Notes under the pieces: generated by a model
Database searches by the model: none
What the model was told of the DNA's origin: nothing
What the model saw: only the letters and a program-made list of their open reading frames with translations
Position numbers and translations under genes: made by a program
In this document: positions 28,697 to 39,791 of the stretch, in pieces
Numbering within the stretch: position 1 is the first letter of the stretch
Layout of the letters: every line of letters starts with the position of its first letter
Sequence record: OR780565.1
Direction: 5' to 3' (one strand)
Source: Escherichia phage DCP2
DNA length: 64,000 bases

Positions 28697-29479
28697 TTAT
28701 ACTCTTGGACCATATATTGCTCCAACATTTTGCCATGTCGGTGTAGACCCTATGACGGCATAACCAGCAGCTCCGCCATCGTATTCATATCCTTGACCAC
28801 GAATATTACATCTACCTCCTGCGGAGCCAACTTCACCACCAGACCCGCCGTTGTAGATACCGTTCACAGACCCTGCGCCTGGCGAAGAAATAGTACCAGC
28901 AGTTGCTCCTGATTGCATATCAATAGATCCGCCCGGTGCGCCAAACGGACGACCGCCGCCACCGCCAAAGGTCAATCTCATTCGTGAAAAAGGAGAATAA
29001 TACCCGCCGCCGCCACCGCCGCCGCCGCCAGCAATAGCTCCGCCATTATTAATTCTTAGTCTCCCACCAATATCATTTTGAATACAATGACCCCCAGCTG
29101 AGCCAGGACTATTGCTACCGCCATTCCCGCCACGGCCATACATCGTTACACCATGTATGTTCAACTGAACATATTCATTCGGTGTATCTCCGTACATGAA
29201 GAATAAAGGAACATCTTTAGAATATGATACTAAATCTCCAGTGATATTAAACACTATAGGTGCACTACCTGCCTCAAAACATCTATCTCGGAACCATTGA
29301 CCATTGAAGTTATGGTCTGCTCCAAGCGTGTGAATAATTTCTCTTGAGCGACCTGCAAATTGACTCATCCAGCAAGGAACACCCAATCTTAATTGACCAG
29401 CCGCTTGACTCATCCATCGTTGTCCTGTTTCATTTACAGATGAACTTCCAATCCAACCGGGAACACCAACTACTGCCAT
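28697..29479 (-). CDS. 38: tail-fibre adhesin gp38, glycine-rich T2/T6 type
   Basis: ATG at 29479 (rc) with SD GGAG; poly-Gly motifs (GGGGGGGGG, GGGGG) separated by variable segments; ORF-track start 29491 is TTG. Confidence 0.8.
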   Translation of the reverse strand: MAVVGVPGWIGSSSVNETGQRWMSQAAGQLRLGVPCWMSQFAGRSREIIHTLGADHNFNGQWFRDRCFEAGSAPIVFNITGDLVSYSKDVPLFFMYGDTPNEYVQLNIHGVTMYGRGGNGGSNSPGSAGGHCIQNDIGGRLRINNGGAIAGGGGGGGGGYYSPFSRMRLTFGGGGGRPFGAPGGSIDMQSGATAGTISSPGAGSVNGIYNGGSGGEVGSAGGRCNIRGQGYEYDGGAAGYAVIGSTPTWQNVGAIYGPRV

Positions 29480-29511
29480 AATTTTCTCCAAAGGGGCAAA
29501 GCCCCTTGTTG

Positions 29512-32460
29512 TTAGAATTTAAAATAATTACTAATTTTGCGAGCAATTTTAGTGAAGAAAGGCGTTTTCAATTCTTTAATTTCTTCACTCATTTCCTGAA
29601 TAGCCTTAATTAAAAGAGCATTCACAGCAGAGTTAGAAATTGTCAGAACATCAGATCCATCAACTTCAACTTTAGATACAGCTTCCGGTAATTCCTTTTC
29701 AAGGTCCTGAGCAATAATACCAACTTCACGTTTAATAACACTACGGTCTTTAATAGACTTAACTTTATCGTAAATATAAACTTTCAGTCGGCAAACTTTT
29801 TCGACCGCTCCATATTCTAATTCTTCTTTATTAATCTTGAGACGGGAGTCAGAACGAATATACACATCGCTAAAGCTACCATTTCCTGGTGTATAAAAGA
29901 ATCCATCATGATGGAATTCAAACACAGCTTGTGGGTGTCCAGCATCAGGAGAAGCCTCCGTGGATCCGACACGAATGATTGCTTGCCCCCACTGTGATGG
30001 AATACGACGCATACCAAAGTCAACAGCGGTGCTATATCCTTGATTGGTTATAACGCTTCTTGCTTTAAGAATAGGATAATAACAATCCTGTGAAACATAA
30101 CCATGATCAACGAATAATGGAGCTTCTACTCGCCATTGGTTGCCCCAATCACCCGGTTGTCTAGCAATCCATCCAGAACCGTTAATGTGTACACGATCGC
30201 GGTTAACGTTAACCATTGCGATATTTTGTGGATTTAGCGAAATCTCACCATTGTTTGTGATATGTACTGCCGCCTGAGTAGCATAGCTATAAAATGCTAG
30301 CGAATTATCAGCACCACCCTTACCAATATACCAGTTACCAGTCCCGTCTATATCACCGCGAATATGCAAAGAATTACTAGCAGTTGTTGATAATACAATA
30401 GCATCATTAGGTGTATTGATTGTTAACCGACCTGTCATCGTATCACCGCTTTTACCTACGCGAGTATTCAAAGCAGCGTCTAAGTTGGTTGCATTGTTGT
30501 ATTTCTTCCAGATTGAACCAGCAATGTTACCATCAGTGTTCAAGAATGCTGCGCCAGCATAAACTCGGCTTTGTGACATGAATCGGCCAGACGGCAAGAA
30601 ACGCCATGTAGCTAATTCATTAGCTGTAGTTCCAGTAGCGGATAAATCACCTTGAGCAATGATACGATATTCTGAACTAGCAATATCCATACCAGAAGCC
30701 ATAGTAATATTTGTTACAGTGTTTTTCTGTTTTACAATAGGAGCAAACTGGTTTTTATTTGAATCGTCAATGGCCTGATATAATGGCGCAATAGTAGTAT
30801 TCTGATTTGCGTAAGTATTTGAACCAGAACCGCTAGCAGGGCCTTGAATATATGCTCCAGGAGCAATTGAAATTTTCTTATTAGCACCAAGATTAATATC
30901 AGCGGTGATATTTAGCAATCCCCTAAAGTTTTGTTGAGCAGTCCAAGTATGTGATCCGTCTTCAAGAACAACACGGCGACAAGTGTTAGTCCTGTTTCCT
31001 GGATTTCCAGCTATACGCACAACAAAATAACGGTAGTTTGTCTGGGATACAGTACCACGCCAAACCTGAACAGTACGTCCTGTGCCAGTATGTTCGCTAG
31101 GACCAACAGAAAACATAATTAAGTTTCCGTCAATCGTACCCCAATTCATATTTGCTGGCATGTTCTTTATTTTGTTCAAAGGAACGCTAAACATACTACC
31201 AGGGACAAAATCAAAGGTTTGCCAATCTAACTCCGCTAATTGAGCTTTAATACCACCCATACCCAAAGTAATTGGCAGAGAATAAGATGTATATACTTCG
31301 TTCCATGCACCCCACGCACCACCAGTATATGCACGCTCAAAAATACGATCGCGAGTAGTTGCACCCGTTCCTGCGGTAGTGAAACGTTGGAAAATAGCAC
31401 CGCCAGAAGCACGCTGTTTAACTTCCAGCAAACCAACAATAACAGTCGGCAAACCTTCACCTGTAGGACAGTTAATAACGGCATCAGTGCCTAAAATATT
31501 ATATAACCCGGGAGTTTTAAAATCATTCAGATCTCCATCATAGAAAGTCGCTGGTGTGCCATGACCAACCTGCTTCCATTCCTCCCACTTAGGTGCACTA
31601 GCATCCCATGCAGCAGCGAGACAACGAGTATAAACCATACCCATGCGGGTAGTATAACGCTGAGTTCTCGCGTATAAACCACCTTCAAATATTTCTAAAA
31701 ATCCTTGTGCGGCTGATCCTTCTTCTGGATAATGGCGATCAAATGATGCGATTGCGCTTGAACTGTTTCGCCATAAGCCACAATGTTCTAACTCTCCCAA
31801 GCTATCAAGGTCAATCGTTTGTGAAAGTGGACGAGTTGACGCTTGAACATTACGCCACACACCCCATGGACCATCGACGCCATTCCATTTAGCAGATAAG
31901 GAACGAATATAGACGTTACCAGATCTTACAGTATAACGCTGAGTGCCAGCAAATTGGCCGGCCACAAACACTTCTAGTACACCTACGGCATTTTCTTCTG
32001 GGAATTTATTTGCTGGTTGCGCATTTGTTGAAGTAGATTTCGACCAAACACCAAGATATTCTTCAATGGGCCCATACGTATCTAAATTAGCATCAGTAGG
32101 TAATTCGCCATTATTTTTTATAAATGTTGTGCTATTGACATTTATGTCAGATGGAGTTAAGGTAATGTCCTTTGACCCATCAAAAGATATACCATTAATT
32201 TTCCTAGGTGTTTGCAATTTAGTAGCTGTGCTAGAATTTCCAATTAAAGTTCCAGTTATATTTTCTGTAACCTCTAAAGACCCATTTATAGTTCCTCCAT
32301 ATTTTAAACCTAATTCTATAACACTACCTGAGTCATCTTTTGTGAAAATTGTTTTATCTTTTAAGTTTATAGCCAATTCACCTTCGGCTAATACTGAAGC
32401 AGCAGGACGTTGACCTGCAGTTTTGCTTCTTTTAAATTGTATTTGTTTTAAAGTAGCCAT
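29512..32460 (-). CDS. 37: long tail fibre distal subunit gp37 (982 aa)
   Basis: N-terminus [35 protein letters not shown] as in T-even gp37; synteny 36-37-38. Confidence 0.9.
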   Translation of the reverse strand: MATLKQIQFKRSKTAGQRPAASVLAEGELAINLKDKTIFTKDDSGSVIELGLKYGGTINGSLEVTENITGTLIGNSSTATKLQTPRKINGISFDGSKDITLTPSDINVNSTTFIKNNGELPTDANLDTYGPIEEYLGVWSKSTSTNAQPANKFPEENAVGVLEVFVAGQFAGTQRYTVRSGNVYIRSLSAKWNGVDGPWGVWRNVQASTRPLSQTIDLDSLGELEHCGLWRNSSSAIASFDRHYPEEGSAAQGFLEIFEGGLYARTQRYTTRMGMVYTRCLAAAWDASAPKWEEWKQVGHGTPATFYDGDLNDFKTPGLYNILGTDAVINCPTGEGLPTVIVGLLEVKQRASGGAIFQRFTTAGTGATTRDRIFERAYTGGAWGAWNEVYTSYSLPITLGMGGIKAQLAELDWQTFDFVPGSMFSVPLNKIKNMPANMNWGTIDGNLIMFSVGPSEHTGTGRTVQVWRGTVSQTNYRYFVVRIAGNPGNRTNTCRRVVLEDGSHTWTAQQNFRGLLNITADINLGANKKISIAPGAYIQGPASGSGSNTYANQNTTIAPLYQAIDDSNKNQFAPIVKQKNTVTNITMASGMDIASSEYRIIAQGDLSATGTTANELATWRFLPSGRFMSQSRVYAGAAFLNTDGNIAGSIWKKYNNATNLDAALNTRVGKSGDTMTGRLTINTPNDAIVLSTTASNSLHIRGDIDGTGNWYIGKGGADNSLAFYSYATQAAVHITNNGEISLNPQNIAMVNVNRDRVHINGSGWIARQPGDWGNQWRVEAPLFVDHGYVSQDCYYPILKARSVITNQGYSTAVDFGMRRIPSQWGQAIIRVGSTEASPDAGHPQAVFEFHHDGFFYTPGNGSFSDVYIRSDSRLKINKEELEYGAVEKVCRLKVYIYDKVKSIKDRSVIKREVGIIAQDLEKELPEAVSKVEVDGSDVLTISNSAVNALLIKAIQEMSEEIKELKTPFFTKIARKISNYFKF

Positions 32461-32468
32461 AAGTCCTC

Positions 32469-33119
32469 TTAATAATAGCCGAAATCTTGAACAGAATCCT
32501 TAATTACGATTTGGTCAAATCGTGGAACGTGTGAAGGTTGAGATGCAGGATTCTGTGAAAAAAGGTTTGGCGCAGTTAAATTTCCTGTCATAGTGTCTCC
32601 AGAGCGTAATACCCTAGAGTTTGCATTTGCTGTAACAGTATTTATTGCTCCATCAACATAATCTTTGCGAGTAACATCAGATGCTGCGGAAGGAGTAGAT
32701 GTAACAGTTACAGATGGAGCCTTTACAGCTTTGGTGAATGTTGTCAAACCTTCTGGCGTAATAGTAATTTGTCCAGTAGTGATTTCACTACCTGCAGGTC
32801 TAAAACTAATACCGCCAGAAGAGCCACCAACTACAAGAGTATTGCCGGTACCGCCACCAGAACGAATTCGGATAGGGGTTTCATTATTACTTAATTGAAG
32901 ATAACTATTTACCCCGTAATTAATAGTAATTGGACCGGTGTAAGTACCACCATTAGCTTTAGAAACGAAATCGTTATCAGCTGCCTGCGGTTTATTATAT
33001 TCTGAATATATTTTAAATGATTTGTAGAGTACATCGTCACCGGCTGAATTCAATGGAAAATTTCCTTGATGCCAAATGACAGATCCACCCACAGTTGAAC
33101 CTACTTTTAAATCAGCCAT
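32469..33119 (-). CDS. 36: long tail fibre distal connector gp36 (216 aa)
   Basis: N-terminus [21 protein letters not shown]; synteny. Confidence 0.85.
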   Translation of the reverse strand: MADLKVGSTVGGSVIWHQGNFPLNSAGDDVLYKSFKIYSEYNKPQAADNDFVSKANGGTYTGPITINYGVNSYLQLSNNETPIRIRSGGGTGNTLVVGGSSGGISFRPAGSEITTGQITITPEGLTTFTKAVKAPSVTVTSTPSAASDVTRKDYVDGAINTVTANANSRVLRSGDTMTGNLTAPNLFSQNPASQPSHVPRFDQIVIKDSVQDFGYY

Positions 33120-33143
33120 TATATGCCCCTTTATTTTAATATT

Positions 33144-33151
33144 ATTTATAA
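33144..33151 (-). promoter_or_regulatory. late promoter TATAAATA (minus strand) for genes 36-38
   Basis: + strand TATTTATA at 33144-33151, ~25 nt upstream of gene 36 start. Confidence 0.6.
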
Positions 33152-33178
33152 AGAAAAAGGGAACCCAAAGGCTCCCTC
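33150..33178 (-). terminator. intrinsic terminator after gene 35
   Basis: Minus-strand RNA AGGGAGCC-UUUG-GGUUCCCU (one G-U) followed by UUUUUCUUU. Confidence 0.5.
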
Positions 33179-33181
33179 AGT

Positions 33182-34297
33182 TTAAACTTCTCTAAATTCT
33201 TGCCCAAACACTTTGCCAGTTTTAGAAGAGGCTTGTGTAGGAAGTACCATTATATCTGGAGGTGAAGCCGATTCACAGACATAATTAACGCGAATACCGT
33301 TGACGCCAAATTCGGCAGGTTTTGAAATGCCGCCATTTCTTGATACTTCAGAAAAACTTAAATTTCTCATGCCGCCTTGACCTGCTTGAGCAGTTCTTTG
33401 TGCATATATCGTAAATCCTACGGCGTTTTCTGGAACAACTACATAGTCTTCTTTTAATTCCCAAGACCCAGCTTGCCCAGTAAACTCAGCTTGGGTCGAG
33501 GAAATATATCCATTTGATGCATCATAAAAACGAATAGATATATTTGTAGTTCCAAGATCAAGTAAATCAGCATCAGCATATAACTGTGCTTTAAGATAAA
33601 GAACATCACCAGGAATTAAATTATAATCAGATAGTTTACTTATAGCAGCTGAAGTTGGTAATCGCGCAATTTCGTTATTAGTTCCACCAACCGCTGACAT
33701 AAATTGCTCGACACTTTCATATGTTCTTTTAGGAAATCCCGTAGCTCCGACGTCTTCTAAACTATCAAATACAACATCTAAAATAGTTTGATAATCATCT
33801 GTGCTTTTTCTATTACTTAGTTTAACATGCTCTAATGCAATAGCTCTTTTAGAAGAAGTATAAAAAGCAGCATATGATACGTCAAATCTTGACAATACGG
33901 AATCTGATGGAAAAACTGAAGTTCCTGCTCCTTTTAACCAAGATACCACTTCAGGAGGAAAATTAACCTTTCCACTAGTTAATATAGCAACAAGTCTATT
34001 GTTTGACAAAGAATTCATGAAACTAACAAAAGCAGCTGATGTAGTATTATTTGAAGTAGAAAAAGCATATGACTTACTATCAACTAATGCTCCCGTAGAA
34101 GGGTCAAAAACTCTTAAATGAAGACCTGCACTAAATGTTTGATTTCCAACGGGATTATCCTGAAATTTAACATATGGCCCCGCAGTAGAAAGCGGGCAAG
34201 AACCCGCTATGCTTATTTTATATCTTACTGAATTGCTTTCCGATAAAAATGGCGTTTGGACATATCCTTGTCCAAACTCTGCCATAAATTTTTCCAT
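33182..34297 (-). CDS. 35: long tail fibre hinge protein gp35 (371 aa)
   Basis: Size and synteny between 34 and 36. Confidence 0.85.
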   Translation of the reverse strand: MEKFMAEFGQGYVQTPFLSESNSVRYKISIAGSCPLSTAGPYVKFQDNPVGNQTFSAGLHLRVFDPSTGALVDSKSYAFSTSNNTTSAAFVSFMNSLSNNRLVAILTSGKVNFPPEVVSWLKGAGTSVFPSDSVLSRFDVSYAAFYTSSKRAIALEHVKLSNRKSTDDYQTILDVVFDSLEDVGATGFPKRTYESVEQFMSAVGGTNNEIARLPTSAAISKLSDYNLIPGDVLYLKAQLYADADLLDLGTTNISIRFYDASNGYISSTQAEFTGQAGSWELKEDYVVVPENAVGFTIYAQRTAQAGQGGMRNLSFSEVSRNGGISKPAEFGVNGIRVNYVCESASPPDIMVLPTQASSKTGKVFGQEFREV

Positions 34298-34305
34298 AAT
34301 ACCTC

Positions 34306-37300
34306 TTATTCAACCCATTCAAATTTAACAGTTTTATTCACTGGGTCAGGAATAATGCGAACATTACCAATTCGTAAGAAATCGCGAATAGTAAGATTAC
34401 CTATTATTCCATTATCAGATGGGATCGCTCCTATATCTGAAGGTTGAGGAGGGTTACCTCCGTCAAATACCTGAACAAAACTTGACCAAGAGTTTTTGGT
34501 TTTCTGCCATGTACGTGTCCAGCGAGTGGTACGTGCTTCTGGGGTCGTTGGATAAGTAATCCAATCTTGGTAAAGTGAATCAAGTGTGTTACCAAACTGA
34601 GTCAATGTACCAGGAGATTTAACTTCTTCACCACGTTCTAAGTATGGAAGTCCAGTAACTTCATTAGTTTTTTCAACCATTTTAAAATAACCCGGGAACT
34701 GGTTATAAGTGGCTGAATCATTAATATCGATTGACCAGAATCCTACAGTATCAGATGTCGGCGCACGGGTATATAAATCAGATGTTTTAACACCTTGAGA
34801 ACGAATTCTCGAGTTAACAGTTAAACCACCTGAATTTATAGTAGCACCTTTAGCAATGATCAAGCTTTCACCAATTGTGACCTGCCCAGATTGATTATTA
34901 ATGGACAATGGACGTAATCCATTAAATCCACCAGTTTGATTGCCTGATGCAGTAAGCATAAAATTCGTTACTGACCCGTCATTACGAATAATGAAACCAT
35001 AATTTCCATTAATAGCACGGAAAGCATTTGCGCTTCGAGAAATAATTTCACCAGTTGCAGTGACTGAATTACCAAATGTAGCAACGCCATTCGCATTCAA
35101 TGTTCCTGAAGCATTAACATTTATCGGTGTTACTGTACCATTGATATTAAATGTTATATTTCCAGCTTTATTACGCTGAGAATAAAAATGACTAGAAGTT
35201 TCATCACTAACTTCAAATACAGTAGAACGTGTTGTGTCCGATTCACCGCTGAATTGATTTCCCCACACTCTGACTGTCATCGTCTGTACCGGGTTAGTTC
35301 CAGTTTGAGGTCCTTTCTCAAAAATCAGACGAGTTGCCGTTCCAGTATTAGAAATAGTTAATGCACTATTTGCCGAAACTGATCCACCAAACGTAGCAGT
35401 ACTAGATGATACAAGAGGGGCACTCAGATTCGTTTGTTGTGTTAAGGTTAGTGAACCATTAACCGTCTGCGCAATATCCCTACGAATGAACTGGAGTGAA
35501 TCTAGACCATCTAATAAATTACTATCTACGGCTTTTGCTTTTAATGGCAAATAATTTGCTAATACGCGATTTAATTCATATGGTGATACTGCATAACCAT
35601 TTTTCTCATATGATTCTAATGGCTGTGTTGAACCAGCTGTATCATTACCAACGAATGTAATTGAACCAGACGAAGTTTTAACAAAACCTCTTATCGCAGT
35701 AGTCGCTGCCCAAGTAGGTTCACTCTGCACAATCCATTTTAAATTTTTTGGAGATACAGCAGTATTTGCTGACGTTCCAGCTACAGTTTCAGACCGAGTT
35801 GCAACTTTAATAACGCCTTCCTGTGCTTCAGTAGATTTAGTACCTAAAAGCTTTTTAGGAGTTATTAGAACATTATCCAATGTTCCTGCAGCAGCTTCAA
35901 CTTGTGTAGCTACACGAAGTGTACCACGCTGTGTCTCATTTGCTTCAAGAATATTAAGGGTATAATGGTCCCAGAGAGTTCCTGATTCAACTAATCCAGA
36001 TAGAGCAACAACAGAAGTACGATCAGTACTATTAAATCTGGTTTTAATTTTTAATGGTGTAGAGATACGAGTATCGTCGACGCCTGCGTCGAATTCAACT
36101 TGTGTAGCAATTTCAGCTATACCACTTAAACTTTCAGTTGCTATACGGTCATTTAAAGTTTTCGGAGTGACTGCACGAGTATAATCAGTTCCTGTATTAA
36201 CTTCACTTTGCGTAGCAATTTCAATTAAACCAATTCTTGCATCAGTTGATGTCTTTTTATGTAACGTTTCTGGCGTTACAACCGCATTTGCCCATCCTTC
36301 TTGGCTTTGTCCAGCAATTACTTCACTTTCAACTGCTAAAATTACTGCGCCTTGTTGCGTTGGAGTAGCTTTATACTGATCCAAAGCTTTAGGTGAAACA
36401 ACTAAATTATTAGTGTTTTTATTATAAACATTTGTACCATTTAATTCACGACTAGAGGCTGGAGTAGCTCCTGCGGTAGATACAAAAGTTACAATACCCG
36501 ATAATGTTTCAGAACCTTGACGAGCTTGAAGCTTTTTAGGAGTGATGATTGTAGTATCATCGATACCTGTATTAGTTTCCTGCTGCGTAGCAATTTCAGC
36601 AACACCTCTGCGAGTTTCTGTAGCAGTTCTTTCATTCAGCTTTTTAGGAGTGATGATAAGGTCATCAGCAAAAGAGAATGTAGTGTTCTGATTTACTTGA
36701 GCAGTAGTTGCTATTCTTGCGATACCTCTGCGAGTTTCTGTAGCAGTACGATTAGCTAACGTTTCTGGAGTAATTGCCAATTCTTTTTGTGGAGAATTTT
36801 CTAAATCAGCATTTGCTTGAGCTTGTGTAGCTAAAGCAATTACGCCTAATCTTGCTCTAGTAGAATTATTTAAAGAATCGACTCTTTCAACTGTTGGAAC
36901 GTTTTGTTGTACAACCCAGTATTTTCCATCAGAATCTTCTATATAAGCAAGTTGTAAAACTGGAACATAATTAGTTTCACCGTTAAAAACTAATTCCTGT
37001 ACAGTCACCCATTCAGCTTCAGGTGGATATTCTGAACGTTTTGGGAATTGCAGCAATTGAACTGAAGAAGCAATTTTATCTTCACCGGCGGCTTTGATTT
37101 TAACTGTTTGTCCTTTTCTCATGTAATTCATGGAAATTTTAACAGTATCACCAACAGAAATATCAGTCGGAAGCTGAAGTTCAATTGTTTGGGCTGTTCC
37201 GTTATTCGCACCAAATACCATAACTTCTTCATTTGGACGAATGTTAGAATTAGTTGTTATAATGCGTAAACGTGCTTTACTATCCCCGTCAAACAATCTC

Positions 37301-38175
37301 CACAATTTTTCATTATCATCAAACATCAAGAAACCATCAATCGATGTACGACCTTCAATAGAATGAGTTCCAACTTCTTGTACTGAAGTTGTTTCATCAT
37401 ATGTCGTGACAATTGTATGATAAAGTGGATTTAATTTATCTAAATCAACGAAATTAATAATATCGCCATGATTAGCAAATCTCGGAAGTTTAATATTAAT
37501 CGGCGCAGCGGAAGTAAATCTACGCACGATAAAATCATTAGATTGTGCTTGATATGCAGTCGATGGAGTAACAATCGCAGCTTCTCTGCTATAATCAGCA
37601 ACATACATTTGCCACAAACGATTATTAAAAATGAATATCATTTGTGACTTTGGATGAGTCATTAGAACTGAACGTACTTGTTCACCTCTAAAATTAACAA
37701 TACTCTGATTTGAAGAATTTATTTTAACCTGATTTATACCAGGTTTTCCACCGATATCTTGAATTATTACGGTTTCTCCATCAAGCGGAGAAGGTGGTAA
37801 AGTAAACTCAATGTCATTGCCAACTGATGTATCTACTGAAATTGCTTCTCCGGATTTTAATTGATATGGTCCAGATGATACAGTTGTATATACGGCATCA
37901 GTACGTAATGCTTTCCAACGAATTCTATTAAAATTTCCAGCAGGTTTTGGAATATTATCCGTTGCTGCCCAAAAACGATTATTATAAATGATTACAAAAT
38001 CTTTTAAATATCCACGAGTTGGATCATATTGCTGAACTGTGTTTTCTTGAATTAAGTAATCAACGTTAACACCGTCAGTTCCTACAGTACGATCAGCTAA
38101 AGCTACATTGATTATTTTATCGCCACCTGCGTCCAGACCGTCTTCTGCTCTGAACTTTCTTTTAATCTCGGCCAT
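34306..38175 (-). CDS. 34: long tail fibre proximal subunit gp34 (1289 aa)
   Basis: 1289 aa as in T4 gp34; N-terminus MAEIKRKFRAEDGLDAGGDKIINVALADR. Confidence 0.9.
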   Translation of the reverse strand: MAEIKRKFRAEDGLDAGGDKIINVALADRTVGTDGVNVDYLIQENTVQQYDPTRGYLKDFVIIYNNRFWAATDNIPKPAGNFNRIRWKALRTDAVYTTVSSGPYQLKSGEAISVDTSVGNDIEFTLPPSPLDGETVIIQDIGGKPGINQVKINSSNQSIVNFRGEQVRSVLMTHPKSQMIFIFNNRLWQMYVADYSREAAIVTPSTAYQAQSNDFIVRRFTSAAPINIKLPRFANHGDIINFVDLDKLNPLYHTIVTTYDETTSVQEVGTHSIEGRTSIDGFLMFDDNEKLWRLFDGDSKARLRIITTNSNIRPNEEVMVFGANNGTAQTIELQLPTDISVGDTVKISMNYMRKGQTVKIKAAGEDKIASSVQLLQFPKRSEYPPEAEWVTVQELVFNGETNYVPVLQLAYIEDSDGKYWVVQQNVPTVERVDSLNNSTRARLGVIALATQAQANADLENSPQKELAITPETLANRTATETRRGIARIATTAQVNQNTTFSFADDLIITPKKLNERTATETRRGVAEIATQQETNTGIDDTTIITPKKLQARQGSETLSGIVTFVSTAGATPASSRELNGTNVYNKNTNNLVVSPKALDQYKATPTQQGAVILAVESEVIAGQSQEGWANAVVTPETLHKKTSTDARIGLIEIATQSEVNTGTDYTRAVTPKTLNDRIATESLSGIAEIATQVEFDAGVDDTRISTPLKIKTRFNSTDRTSVVALSGLVESGTLWDHYTLNILEANETQRGTLRVATQVEAAAGTLDNVLITPKKLLGTKSTEAQEGVIKVATRSETVAGTSANTAVSPKNLKWIVQSEPTWAATTAIRGFVKTSSGSITFVGNDTAGSTQPLESYEKNGYAVSPYELNRVLANYLPLKAKAVDSNLLDGLDSLQFIRRDIAQTVNGSLTLTQQTNLSAPLVSSSTATFGGSVSANSALTISNTGTATRLIFEKGPQTGTNPVQTMTVRVWGNQFSGESDTTRSTVFEVSDETSSHFYSQRNKAGNITFNINGTVTPINVNASGTLNANGVATFGNSVTATGEIISRSANAFRAINGNYGFIIRNDGSVTNFMLTASGNQTGGFNGLRPLSINNQSGQVTIGESLIIAKGATINSGGLTVNSRIRSQGVKTSDLYTRAPTSDTVGFWSIDINDSATYNQFPGYFKMVEKTNEVTGLPYLERGEEVKSPGTLTQFGNTLDSLYQDWITYPTTPEARTTRWTRTWQKTKNSWSSFVQVFDGGNPPQPSDIGAIPSDNGIIGNLTIRDFLRIGNVRIIPDPVNKTVKFEWVE
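35800..36900 (-). repeat. tandem ~40-residue sequence repeats inside gene 34 (approximate span)
   Basis: Protein repeats of the form (I/V)TP(K/E)(K/T)L...T(E/D)...G(I/V)..IAT seen about 8 times. Confidence 0.5.
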
Positions 38176-38209
38176 TCTCCCGGGCTCCTATTGTGTTTTC
38201 AATAATAAG

Positions 38210-38217
38210 TATTTATA
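38210..38217 (-). promoter_or_regulatory. late promoter TATAAATA (minus strand) for gene 34
   Basis: + strand TATTTATA 38210-38217, ~35 nt upstream of gene 34 ATG. Confidence 0.65.
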
Positions 38218-38220
38218 CTT

Positions 38221-38250
38221 GTTTACTTTAAGATTTGGATAGTATATAAT
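38221..38250 (+). promoter_or_regulatory. T4-type early promoter for rnh
   Basis: GTTTAC 38221-38226, TATAAT 38245-38250, 18-bp spacer. Confidence 0.55.
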
Positions 38251-38279
38251 AGAAATCTCACTAATTGAACGAGGTTCAT

Positions 38280-39197
38280 ATGGATTTAGAAATGATGCTG
38301 GATGAAGATTACAAAGAAGGAATTTGCTTAATTGACTTTAGTCAAATTGCGCTTTCAACTGCTTTAGTAAACTTTCCAGATAAAGAAAAAATTAACTTAT
38401 CAATGGTTCGTCATTTGATATTGAACTCAATTAAGTTTAATGTCAAAAAAGCAAAAACTCTTGGATACACTAAAATTGTACTGTGTATTGATAACGCGAA
38501 ATCTGGATACTGGCGTCGTGATTTCGCTTATTATTATAAGAAAAACCGTGGAAAAGCACGAGAAGAATCTACTTGGGACTGGGAAGGTTATTTTGAATCC
38601 AGCCATAAAGTTATAGATGAATTGAAAGCTTATATGCCATACATTGTTATGGATATTGATAAGTATGAAGCAGATGACCACATTGCTGTTCTTGTTAAAA
38701 AGTTCTCTTTAGAAGGACATAAGATTTTAATCATTTCATCGGATGGTGACTTTACACAGCTTCACAAATATCCAAATGTTAAGCAATGGTCACCGATGCA
38801 TAAGAAATGGGTTAAAATTAAAAGCGGTTCTGCTGAAATTGATTGTATGACTAAAATTCTTAAGGGTGACAAAAAGGATAATGTTGCTTCAGTTAAAGTA
38901 CGTTCTGACTTTTGGTTTACCAGAGTTGAAGGTGAACGAACTCCTTCAATGAAAACTTCAATCGTTGAAGCTATTGCTAATGACCGTGAGCAAGCTAAGG
39001 TGCTTCTCACAGAATCTGAATATAATCGTTATAAAGAAAATTTAGTTCTAATTGATTTTGATTATATTCCTGATAATATTGCTTCAAACATTGTGAATTA
39101 CTATAATTCATATAAATTACCACCGCGTGGCAAAATTTATTCATATTTTGTAAAAGCGGGTCTTTCTAAATTAACTAATAGCATTAATGAATTTTGA
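38280..39197 (+). CDS. rnh: RNase H / 5'-3' exonuclease (305 aa)
   Basis: MDLEMMLDEDYKEGICLIDFSQIA... matches recalled T4 RNase H; ATG 38280 with SD GAGG. Confidence 0.9.
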   Translation: MDLEMMLDEDYKEGICLIDFSQIALSTALVNFPDKEKINLSMVRHLILNSIKFNVKKAKTLGYTKIVLCIDNAKSGYWRRDFAYYYKKNRGKAREESTWDWEGYFESSHKVIDELKAYMPYIVMDIDKYEADDHIAVLVKKFSLEGHKILIISSDGDFTQLHKYPNVKQWSPMHKKWVKIKSGSAEIDCMTKILKGDKKDNVASVKVRSDFWFTRVEGERTPSMKTSIVEAIANDREQAKVLLTESEYNRYKENLVLIDFDYIPDNIASNIVNYYNSYKLPPRGKIYSYFVKAGLSKLTNSINEF

Positions 39198-39205
39198 GGT
39201 GAATA

Positions 39206-39475
39206 ATGGCTAAAAAAGAAATGGTTGAATTTGATGAAGCTATCCATGGCGAAGACTTGGCTAAATTTATTAAAGAAGCATCTGATCATAAACTGAAAAT
39301 TTCCGGTTATAATGAACTGATTAAAGATATTCGAATTCGTGCCAAAGATGAACTTGGCGTTGATGGTAAGATGTTTAATCGTCTATTAGCTTTGTATCAT
39401 AAAGATAACCGTGATGTGTTTGAAGCTGAAACTGAAGAGGTAGTTGAACTTTATGACACAGTTTTCTCTAAATGA
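39206..39475 (+). CDS. dsbA: dsDNA-binding late transcription enhancer DsbA (89 aa)
   Basis: 89 aa, position between rnh and 33. Confidence 0.8.
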   Translation: MAKKEMVEFDEAIHGEDLAKFIKEASDHKLKISGYNELIKDIRIRAKDELGVDGKMFNRLLALYHKDNRDVFEAETEEVVELYDTVFSK

Positions 39476-39791
39476 TATTCGTCCGGTCGATGAGACCGGT
39501 CTTTCAGAAAAAGAACTTTCAATCAAGAAAGAAAAGGATGAAATAGCAAAGCTTCTTGATCGTCAAGAAAATGGATTTATTATTGAAAAAATGGTAGAAG
39601 AATTTGGAATGAGTTATCTTGAAGCTACAACAGCATTTTTGGAAGAAAACTCTATTCCTGAAACTCAATTTGCTAAATTTATTCCTTCGGGTATAATTGA
39701 AAAAATTCAGTCAGAAGCCATTGACGAAAATCTTTTACGTCCTTCTGTTGTTCGTTGCGAAAAAACTAATACATTAGATTTTCTACTATGA
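39453..39791 (+). CDS. 33: late transcription co-activator gp33 (112 aa)
   Basis: MTQFSLNDIRPVDETGLSEKELSIKKEKDEIAKLLDRQ matches recalled T4 gp33. Confidence 0.8.
   Translation: MTQFSLNDIRPVDETGLSEKELSIKKEKDEIAKLLDRQENGFIIEKMVEEFGMSYLEATTAFLEENSIPETQFAKFIPSGIIEKIQSEAIDENLLRPSVVRCEKTNTLDFLL

Noticed and set aside
28960-29040. GC-rich short tandem repeat (CCG/GCC)n considered as a CRISPR-like or VNTR element
   Set aside because: It is in-frame coding sequence for the poly-glycine tract of gp38 on the minus strand; no repeat-spacer periodicity.
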